Below the pieces are notes generated by a model. It was not told the origin of the DNA. It did no database searches and saw nothing but the letters and a program-made list of their open reading frames with translations. From a candidate division WOR-3 bacterium (GTDB lineage Bacteria > Hydrothermota > Tepidihabitantia > Tepidihabitantales > Tepidihabitantaceae), in NCBI GenBank assembly GCA_965649225.1, contig CBFGJX010000007.1:41923-105922 (forward strand): DNA of 64,000 nucleotides, written 5' to 3'. Positions 56,715 to 64,000 of this stretch are shown piece after piece; position 1 is the stretch's first letter, and every line of letters starts with the position of its first letter. A program made the translations under genes and the position numbers.

Positions 56715-57468
56715 GCTGCGCGGGGTCAACAAGGCTTTCGGCGGCTTGGCTGCAGTTCACGATTTCAATCTATTGGTTCAGCCCGGCGAGCTGGTGGGCC
56801 TCATCGGGCCCAACGGTGCCGGAAAAACCACGGTTTTCAATCTGGTGACCGGCATTTATCGGCCGGACAGCGGATTAATAATGCTTGGCGGGCAGAACAT
56901 CACCGGGTTGAGCCCGCATCGCGTATATCAAGCGGGAGTGGCGCGGACTTTTCAGAACATCCGGCTCTTTGGTGGACTTTCGGTGCTGGACAATGTTCGT
57001 GTTGCCTGGCATTACCGTACTCAGGTTGGTTTGTTTGGAACCGTTTTTCGGACGAAGCGGTTCCTCGCCGCTGACCAGCGGTCAACCCGCCAGGCGTTCG
57101 AGGTGCTGGAGCAGTTTGGTCTGGCAGCGCGCGCTACCGAGTTGGCGCGAAACCTGCCTTACGGCGAACAACGCCGGCTTGAGATTGCTCGGGCACTGGT
57201 GGCCGGGCCAAAATTGTTGTTGCTGGATGAGCCGGCAGCGGGAATGAATCCAGCGGAAACAGTGAGACTGATGGAGCTGATCCGGCTGGTGCGCGAGCGG
57301 TTCAACCTGACTGTCCTGCTAATCGAGCATCAGATGCCGGTCGTCATGGGAATATGCGAACGGGTTGTCGTGATGGATTTTGGTGAGGTCATTGCGCAGG
57401 GAGCGCCGGCGATGGTCAGCAGCGACCGCCGGGTCATCGAGGCCTATCTCGGCAGGGAGGACGTCTGA
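56680..57468 (+). CDS. livG: Branched-chain amino-acid ABC transporter ATPase
   Basis: FGGL.AV, GPNGAGKTT.FN, ARTFQNIRLF, LPYGEQRRLEIARAL, LDEPAAGMN, VIEAYLG. Confidence 0.95.
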   Translation: MMDRTVTNPLLELRGVNKAFGGLAAVHDFNLLVQPGELVGLIGPNGAGKTTVFNLVTGIYRPDSGLIMLGGQNITGLSPHRVYQAGVARTFQNIRLFGGLSVLDNVRVAWHYRTQVGLFGTVFRTKRFLAADQRSTRQAFEVLEQFGLAARATELARNLPYGEQRRLEIARALVAGPKLLLLDEPAAGMNPAETVRLMELIRLVRERFNLTVLLIEHQMPVVMGICERVVVMDFGEVIAQGAPAMVSSDRRVIEAYLGREDV

Positions 57469-57503
57469 CAACCGGCGAGACGGGAACTGTCGGCTGGAAG
57501 CAC

Positions 57504-58250
57504 GTGAGGTCGGATACTGTCCGGCTTCTGACTGTTGACCGGCTGTCGGTGCGATACGGAGTGGTTCGAGCGCTGCAGGATGTCACGCTGGCCGTTGACG
57601 AGGGCGAGATTGTCACGCTCGTTGGTGCTAACGGCGCGGGTAAGAGCACGCTGCTTAAGGCAATTTCCGGTCTGCTAGCCATCGAGTCGGGCGTGATTCA
57701 GTTTCTCGGCAGACGGATTGATGGACTCCGCGGTCACGAGATTGCTCGGCTGGGGGTTGCCCATGTTCCGGAGGGGCGGCGGCCGTTCCCTCATCTCAGC
57801 GTGTGGGATAACCTGATGCTGGGCGGTTACACCCGCAGTCGGGCCGAAAACGAGGCGGCGGTTCAGCGGGTGTTCTCGTCGTTCCCTCGGCTGCGCGAGA
57901 GGCTGAAGCAGAGCGCGGGTACCCTGTCCGGCGGGGAACTGCAGATGCTGGCGATGGCACGCGGACTGATGGCATCACCGCGGTTGTTGATGCTTGACGA
58001 ACCGTCGATGGGGTTATCGCCGTTGCTTGTTCGCGAAATATTCAGCATCATTCGCGAGATCAACCGGCAGGGAACCGCAATCCTGCTGGTTGAACAGAAT
58101 GCGAGGATGGCGCTTGAAGTCGCCCATCGTGCCTACGTCCTCGAGACCGGTCGGGTCGTCCTTGAAGGGACAGCCACCGCACTGGCACGAGATGTCAGAG
58201 TCAAGGCGGCGTACCTTGGTGAATCCTCCAGTGATGCAGCCAACAGCTGA
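57504..58250 (+). CDS. livF: Branched-chain amino-acid ABC transporter ATPase
   Basis: GANGAGKST, VPEGRR.F, FPRLRER..Q.AGTLSGGE, LDEPSMGLSP, LVEQNA, AYLG. Confidence 0.95.
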   Translation: MRSDTVRLLTVDRLSVRYGVVRALQDVTLAVDEGEIVTLVGANGAGKSTLLKAISGLLAIESGVIQFLGRRIDGLRGHEIARLGVAHVPEGRRPFPHLSVWDNLMLGGYTRSRAENEAAVQRVFSSFPRLRERLKQSAGTLSGGELQMLAMARGLMASPRLLMLDEPSMGLSPLLVREIFSIIREINRQGTAILLVEQNARMALEVAHRAYVLETGRVVLEGTATALARDVRVKAAYLGESSSDAANS

Positions 58251-60054
58251 AATCGGGCTGTCACGGCGCATCAGGTCTGGAAGCCTAAGGAGTGCGCTGT
58301 CGGGCTTGGTCCGGGCCGATTGGTTTCTGAGTTTCTTCACCGCCAGCTGCCTGCTGGTTGTCTATACCCTTACTTTGACAAGAACAGTTGGACTCATCGA
58401 TTCTGGAGAACTTGCTGCCGGGTGCTATCGGCTGAACATTCTGCACCCGACTGGTTACCCGCTCTACACAGTTCTGGGCAGGTTGATGTCGCTTCTGCCT
58501 TTCGGAACGGTGATTATAAGGGTCGCTTTGCTCAGTGCTGTTCTTGCTGCGTCAGGCGCAGGTATCGTTGTGGCACTCTGTCGACGGGTCGGCGCTGGGC
58601 CGGTTTCGGCAGTGGTGATGGGGTTGGTTACCGGACTGTCGCTCCCGGTCTGGAGTAATGCCAACGACGCCGAGGTCTACGCACTCAGCTTCCTGCTGCT
58701 GGCGTTGTTGTGGCTGGCTGTGTCATCGGCCGATTCCGGAACAGCCCCGGCGATTGTTGGATATCTGGCCGGTCTTGCATTGACTAACCATATGATGGCT
58801 GTGATGACGCTTCTGGGGCTGGTAACGGTAGTCGCCTGGCATCGACGCAAAGTGTCCGGACGGGCGCTGCTGGTGTTTGCTGTGTTTTTTGGGATGGGCG
58901 CATCGGTTTATCTTTTCCTGCCATTGAGGGCCAGAGCAGGACCGCTTTTCCCCTGGGGTGATCCCCAGACCATTGAGAGATTTGTGTGGCATGTAACCGG
59001 CCGGCAGTATCAGGTCTGGATGTTCACGGCATCGCTGCCCGAAGTCCTGCGTAATGCTTTGAGCGGGATTCAAATCATTGGTCGGGGCTTCGTGTGGGTA
59101 CTCTTGCCGGCAGCCGGTTTCGGGTGGTATTTGCTTGGCCGACGGAATCCCGCACTGACCGCCGGCGTGACGTTGACGGTGGTGCTGACGCTTGTCTATG
59201 CTGCCAATTACAGCATACCCGACATCGATGCCTACTACATCCCCGCCCTGGTTGCGCTGGCACTGCCGACTGCCGTCGGCCTTGACTGGTTTGAGCGGCG
59301 AATGGGGCGGCTGGCAGTGTTGCTGTTGATCGTGGCCGTGCTGCCGGCAGCATTGAACTGGCGTTGGGTTGACCGCAGTGACGATCGTGTCGCGTATCAG
59401 TATGCGCTTGTCACTCTTGCTTCAGCCGCCCCCAAAGCAACGATCATTACCGACTGGTGGGACCTGTATTCTCCGGTTATGTATCTTCAACAGGTTGAGG
59501 GCGTTCGTCCGGACGTCTGCATTATCGACAAGGAGTTGCTGCGTCGCTCGTGGTACCTGCGCCGGCTGGAACGAACCTGGCCCTGGTTGGCACAGGCATC
59601 AGCGGACGAAATCGCCGCCTACCGGCAGCAGCTTGAGCTTTTCGAACACGGACGGCTGAAGGAGACGGCCACGATTCAGCGGTGCTTCATTGCGCTGCTT
59701 GAGAGTTTTGTCCTTCGTCATCCCGACCGGCCTGCCTATACGACCTTTGACGCTGACGCCGGCATTGACGCCCGTCAATTGCTCACACATTGGTCACGGG
59801 TTCCGGTAGGTTTGCTTTTTGCCCTCCGGAGTGATGATTCATTCCCGGAGTTCGACTGGACGGGCCTTCGAATTGAGCTCCCCAGACGCAGTATTGACCG
59901 GCGCACGCTGGTCATGCTGATGCGGTATCGCTTTTTTGTCCTTCGGCGTGCCAATGGTCTGGCTTTGGCCGGGCGTTTTGCTGAAGCCGACAGCCTTGTG
60001 GAGTGGTATCGGCGCCAGCCGGTCTCGAAGGTCGCACCGTTACCGCGTGGATGA
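58234..60054 (+). CDS. DUF2723 / TMEM260-like GT-C-fold membrane protein
   Basis: DSGELAA....L.ILHPTGYPLY, WS.A..AEVY, NH, YLFLPLRA, WGDP; multi-TM plus periplasmic C-domain. Start approximate. Confidence 0.82.
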   Translation: MQPTAEIGLSRRIRSGSLRSALSGLVRADWFLSFFTASCLLVVYTLTLTRTVGLIDSGELAAGCYRLNILHPTGYPLYTVLGRLMSLLPFGTVIIRVALLSAVLAASGAGIVVALCRRVGAGPVSAVVMGLVTGLSLPVWSNANDAEVYALSFLLLALLWLAVSSADSGTAPAIVGYLAGLALTNHMMAVMTLLGLVTVVAWHRRKVSGRALLVFAVFFGMGASVYLFLPLRARAGPLFPWGDPQTIERFVWHVTGRQYQVWMFTASLPEVLRNALSGIQIIGRGFVWVLLPAAGFGWYLLGRRNPALTAGVTLTVVLTLVYAANYSIPDIDAYYIPALVALALPTAVGLDWFERRMGRLAVLLLIVAVLPAALNWRWVDRSDDRVAYQYALVTLASAAPKATIITDWWDLYSPVMYLQQVEGVRPDVCIIDKELLRRSWYLRRLERTWPWLAQASADEIAAYRQQLELFEHGRLKETATIQRCFIALLESFVLRHPDRPAYTTFDADAGIDARQLLTHWSRVPVGLLFALRSDDSFPEFDWTGLRIELPRRSIDRRTLVMLMRYRFFVLRRANGLALAGRFAEADSLVEWYRRQPVSKVAPLPRG

Positions 60055-61136
60055 GCGACGGGCGGGTCGGGCGGGTCGGTCCGTACGCGGTGCAGTTTCT
60101 CGCCAACACGGCGCTGGTTATCGCCATCGTCTACCTGCCCTTGCTGGCACGGGACATCGGGGCAAGCAAGGCTCAGGTCGGGCTGATGGTCGGGCTGTAT
60201 CAGGCGGCGCTGCTGGTGTCGGGTCTTGTATTCGGCCGGTGGGCCGACTTCGCTGACCGCAAGCGTTTCGTTGTCGCGGGCTGTATCGCAACCGTAATAA
60301 CGCTGGCCGCGCTGAGCCTCGCACGCTCGGTTGGCGGGCTGTACGTGGTGCGCGCTGCCGGAGGTGTAGCCGCAGGAGTGTTTCCAGCCGCTTTGATGGC
60401 CTATTTCTACGAGCGCAGCCAGCGGCTGGGCAGGTTTTCCGCGGTCAGCGCACTCGGGTGGGCTGCGGGCGCGCTCATCGCGGGACTGGTCGTACCGCGG
60501 CTGCTGTTCTGGGTCGCAGCTGGTCTGGGACTCGCGGCTGCAGCAGTTGCGCAGTTCGCGCTCGGGCATCAGCACGTGCGTTTGAGCCAGCCGATAGTGG
60601 ACATGCGCGTACTGCGGCGCAACTGGAAAGAATATCTCGTATTCTTCCTGCGTCATGCCGGAGCGACGTCCATCTGGGCAATCTACCCGCTGTTTCTGTC
60701 CGACCTCGGGGCGTCGCGGCTCTGGGTTGGTGTGATTTTTGCGCTCAATCCGCTGGCACAGGCGTTGTTCCTCAGCTTCTTCGAACGGTTTGGCGAGCGG
60801 CAGCTCATCATTGCCGGGGCCGCGCTCTCGGTGCTGGTGTTTGTCGGGTTCGGACTTAGCCGGCACTGGGTCCAGGTGCTGCCGATACAGGTGCTGCTGG
60901 CGATATCTTGGTCCGCGTTGTACCTGGGTGAGCTGAAACGATTGATGCGGCGTAACGTCGAGCGCTCCACCGCGGCCGGGATGTTGCAGTCGGTTCTTGC
61001 ACTGTCAGCGGTGTGCGGTGCGCTGCTGGTTGGCGTGACCGGGCGTTTCGGCTACGGTGCGGTGATGTACACCGCGGCCGGCCTGGGCGCAGCCGGGCTG
61101 CTGTTGTTCTTTCTCGTGCCCGAGCCCGCCGATTGA
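60051..61136 (+). CDS. MFS transporter
   Basis: About 12 TM; motif A FGRWADFADRKR; ATGA overlap with the upstream gene. Confidence 0.88.
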   Translation: MSDGRVGRVGPYAVQFLANTALVIAIVYLPLLARDIGASKAQVGLMVGLYQAALLVSGLVFGRWADFADRKRFVVAGCIATVITLAALSLARSVGGLYVVRAAGGVAAGVFPAALMAYFYERSQRLGRFSAVSALGWAAGALIAGLVVPRLLFWVAAGLGLAAAAVAQFALGHQHVRLSQPIVDMRVLRRNWKEYLVFFLRHAGATSIWAIYPLFLSDLGASRLWVGVIFALNPLAQALFLSFFERFGERQLIIAGAALSVLVFVGFGLSRHWVQVLPIQVLLAISWSALYLGELKRLMRRNVERSTAAGMLQSVLALSAVCGALLVGVTGRFGYGAVMYTAAGLGAAGLLLFFLVPEPAD

Positions 61137-61146
61137 GCGGCCCGAT

Positions 61147-61548
61147 TCATCGCGACAGAAAGAACACAGCCAGGGCGGCGCAGGCCAGTCCGACCATGTG
61201 TGAGAGCGTCACCGGTTCTTTCAGGATGATGAAGCCGAGCACGGCCGGGATTAAGATATACATGCCGGACAGAGGTACGACGACCGAGGCCGGGCCCTTG
61301 CGGATGGCAATGTAGAAAAGCACTGTTGCCACCCCGGCCGCAATTCCGGACACGAGCACCAGCGGATGTGGTCTGGCCCAGCGTTCGGTGCCGCGGGCGA
61401 GACCGTAGATTGTCACCGGCAACAGGCCAAACAGACTGGACCAGAACGCGATTGACTCGGGCGTCGTGCGCGGCGACAAGACCTTGACGATGAAGCCCCA
61501 CATGCCCCAGAAGAGCAGGGCCAGAATGGAAAGCAGACGGTAATCCAC
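61147..61548 (-). CDS. EamA/DMT-family transporter (single domain)
   Basis: LFWGMWGF..K; FYIAIRKGPASVVVPL; ILKEPVT. GTG 61548 lies 5 nt after TTGACA-N16-TAACAT. Confidence 0.85.
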   Translation of the reverse strand: MDYRLLSILALLFWGMWGFIVKVLSPRTTPESIAFWSSLFGLLPVTIYGLARGTERWARPHPLVLVSGIAAGVATVLFYIAIRKGPASVVVPLSGMYILIPAVLGFIILKEPVTLSHMVGLACAALAVFFLSR

Positions 61549-61586
61549 AGGCGATGTTAGGGTCGCTCGTGCCGGTGTCAAACCGG

Positions 61587-63383
61587 TCAGTCAGGCGGGT
61601 TGGACAGTGCTGTGCGGGCCCGAGCGAGGTTGGCCTGTACCGCGGTCCGGAACTGCGTCGGGCCGGGCAGCGTCAGCGCGAGTTCAAGGCGAGGGAGGGC
61701 GAGGTCGGGACGGCCGCGTTCGACGCAGAACATCCCAAGATTGTTGCGCGATGCGGTATAGGCAAGCTGGACATCGTGGTACTCCGGGCGACTGAATCGC
61801 TGTCGGACCGAGGTGAGTTTCAGGCTTCTCCAGATTGAATCATCGAGCGCAAGCAGTGAGTCGAGCTTGAGCGTAGCGCCAGCCGTGATGAGCTCGTAGA
61901 CAATACCGCGGGGCACGACCTGCCATTCCCGCGGAATCGGGCCGACGAAGAACTCAGGCGTAAGCAACTCACCGGACAGTGCGATTGGACGTGTGCCGGT
62001 GAGCGCAAGGCAGAGCGCTGCAAGTACGCCCTGCAGACGAATGGCGCGCGGGCCTGTGCCGGCCGCCGCGAGCAACTCACGAAAAGACGGCAGCCTGCTG
62101 TCTGGCAATAGCTCGGGGAGGCTGTGAACGTAGGTTTCCGAAAAAAGCATGTCGGCGGCGATTACTGTGATGTCATGGCGGTTGCCCGCGGATTGCTGGA
62201 GCCAGCGAGTGGCGTTGGCTGGTACGTCACCGCCGCCGATGAAGACCGCGCGGTAAGGAAGTGAGCGCAGCAGATTGGCACCAAGGTCCTGCACTGCTGT
62301 TGTCCGTGACTCGCGTGCCGGAGCGAGGTGCATTATGAGCAGCAGCAGCGGGGCGATAAGACAGATGGCGATGACGGGCCGGGCGCGGCCAAGATGTTTG
62401 GCCAACGCACTGACCCCGACGCCGGTGGCAAGACAGAGTGCGAGCAGAGATGGCAGGAGCTGGACGCGAAAGTCAGGCACATTATAGGTCAGCCCGAACG
62501 TCCCAGCCGTGGCCAGAAGCAGCACGGCAAGCAGGACGCGGCGGTGCGCCAGTGCGATGCCGATGAACCCGACCAGAGCCAGAGCGACGCCGGCAACGCC
62601 GAGTTCCGACACAAGCACGCGTGGCAGTCCGGCAAGCCGCGACAGTGACGGTGCCGAGCCGGCAAGGTCGGAGTACTGGCGCGCGGTCGCGTGAGTCAGG
62701 AAGCGGCCAAATGTTGACGGATCACCCCAGTTCACCGAGGGCCGGGTGAGCGCGCGCACCATCGTCCCCAAGGCAGAGGACAGGCCGAGCAGAAACGCGC
62801 CGGCGGACAACAGTAGTGCCCGGCGGCGGGGCAGGGTGTCAAGGTCAAGAGACAACGCCAGCACGCCGGGCAGCCAGAAGAGTGCCGACGGCTGGTGCGC
62901 CAGCGCGAGCCCGAAGATGAATGTTGCTGCCGGTGCCAGACGTGGCTCGACACGGGTGCGTGCAGCCAGCAGGATACAGAGGGCGAGGAACAGCATCGAT
63001 AAGCCGTACACTTCGGTACTTGTAGCATTGAACCAGAAGGTCCGGCTGAAGGCAAAAAGCAGGGCAGCGACTGTTGCACCGGGCGGGTCTGCACCAAGTG
63101 CCTTGGCGGCGTAGTAGAGCGTTGTCACGGCGGCAGCGGAGAGCAAGGCGGTAAGGAGATTTACGGCAAGCGCCGTCCTGGATGACAGCATTGCGGCGAT
63201 GCGGCCAAGCCAGAGGAACAAAGGGTAGCCAGGCGGATGAGCGATGCCCAGTTTCAGCGCGGCCAGCGTGAGTTCGGCCGAGTCACCCGGTCCGATTGCC
63301 GGGCCGACGCAGGTGAAGTACACGGCGAGGGCGATAATACCACAGATCGGGCCCGGTCCAGCGGAGGCAGGAAAGCGGACCAC
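61587..63383 (-). CDS. DUF2723 / TMEM260-like GT-C-fold membrane protein with C-terminal TPR-like motif
   Basis: GDSAELTLAA..LGIAHPPGYPL, FW.NA...EVY, HQ, NWGDP; SRNNLG....A...LELAL. Confidence 0.82.
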   Translation of the reverse strand: MVRFPASAGPGPICGIIALAVYFTCVGPAIGPGDSAELTLAALKLGIAHPPGYPLFLWLGRIAAMLSSRTALAVNLLTALLSAAAVTTLYYAAKALGADPPGATVAALLFAFSRTFWFNATSTEVYGLSMLFLALCILLAARTRVEPRLAPAATFIFGLALAHQPSALFWLPGVLALSLDLDTLPRRRALLLSAGAFLLGLSSALGTMVRALTRPSVNWGDPSTFGRFLTHATARQYSDLAGSAPSLSRLAGLPRVLVSELGVAGVALALVGFIGIALAHRRVLLAVLLLATAGTFGLTYNVPDFRVQLLPSLLALCLATGVGVSALAKHLGRARPVIAICLIAPLLLLIMHLAPARESRTTAVQDLGANLLRSLPYRAVFIGGGDVPANATRWLQQSAGNRHDITVIAADMLFSETYVHSLPELLPDSRLPSFRELLAAAGTGPRAIRLQGVLAALCLALTGTRPIALSGELLTPEFFVGPIPREWQVVPRGIVYELITAGATLKLDSLLALDDSIWRSLKLTSVRQRFSRPEYHDVQLAYTASRNNLGMFCVERGRPDLALPRLELALTLPGPTQFRTAVQANLARARTALSNPPD

Positions 63384-63509
63384 GCTGCACTCTAACCACC
63401 AGCTGACGGGATGTCAAACTGACAGCTTCCGAGCCACATCCTGCTTGACAGTCGTTATCGCCGACCTGAGAATCTGGCGCTGATTGCTGCAAGAGTATAA
63501 GGAGGTTCC

Positions 63510-64000
63510 GTGAAGCTGATGTGTGTGCTCGGACTGCTGGCGGTCATTGCCTTTGCCGCCCCGATAGAGCCGGCGTTGCTGGAGCAGATGGCTCGGGCGG
63601 AGGATGGCAGCCGGCTGGGAGTGATGATTGCGCTGCGGGAGCAGTTTGACGGTGAGGCCGTGATCCGGACGGTCAAGGACAAGGCGCGGCGCTGGGAGTT
63701 GACGGTGAGCGGCTGCAAGGCGCTGGCGGAACGGACGCAGTCCGGGCTGCTTGGGGAGCTGGAGCGGTATGCGGCGCAGGGAGCGGTGGGAGAGATAACG
63801 CCGTTGTGGATTGTCAATGCGGTGTACTGCGAGGCGACGCCGGAGGTTATCCGGGCGGTGGCGGAGCGGTCGGACGTGTGGTTTGTGCAGTGGGACAAGA
63901 TACCGACGGAGAATGCGCTGGGAGTGGTCAGTGGAGAGCTGGCGGCGACCGGTGCGGCCGGGGACGTGCTGGACGGCACATTCACGGTTGAGTGGAACGT
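63510..64000 (+). CDS. S8 (subtilisin/bacillopeptidase F-like) protease, N-terminal signal peptide and propeptide, partial
   Basis: AAGGAGG RBS and GTG start MKLMCVLGLLAVIAFA; propeptide-like L..LAERTQ....L...TPLWIVNAV..EATPEVIRAVA.R.DV; ends VEWNV at the edge. Catalytic triad is outside the window. Confidence 0.7.
   Translation, partial: MKLMCVLGLLAVIAFAAPIEPALLEQMARAEDGSRLGVMIALREQFDGEAVIRTVKDKARRWELTVSGCKALAERTQSGLLGELERYAAQGAVGEITPLWIVNAVYCEATPEVIRAVAERSDVWFVQWDKIPTENALGVVSGELAATGAAGDVLDGTFTVEWN

Overview
GC-rich, densely coding bacterial chromosomal window with no CRISPR array, rRNA, prophage or IS element detected. The Kelch/CARDB secreted proteins with C-terminal sorting domains, the PorV-like barrels and porX suggest a diderm anaerobe of the FCB neighbourhood, possibly candidate phylum WOR-3 (inference only). 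In order, the window contains: a large secreted DNRLRE/CARDB/Kelch protein; an operon of three outer-membrane barrels (one with ComEA-like HhH motifs) with a 5'-nucleotidase, a divergent RecJ and RlmI; a four-gene uncharacterised membrane module (DUF6754-like) followed by tolB; a histidine kinase-porX pair; addAB; an unannotated 35-aa basic ORF; asnS, two tRNA-Ser genes, gltX and glnS; a TetR-regulated RND efflux system; a stand-alone flxDCBA; an XRE regulator with a perfect 22-bp palindrome; an 8-gene operon (CTD protein, PorV-like barrel, TPR, ExbB, two ExbD, TonB, OmpA-like); livHMGF; two DUF2723 (TMEM260-like) proteins; and the start of an S8 protease. The best candidates for undescribed systems are the TonB/ExbBD-energised PorV/TPR envelope machine, in which one ExbD lacks the conserved Asp, the DUF6754 four-gene membrane complex, the HhH-barrel/nucleotidase DNA-scavenging operon, and a possible DUF2723-linked D-(S/T) protein glycosylation system. 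All calls come from motif recognition by eye; no database searches were run.
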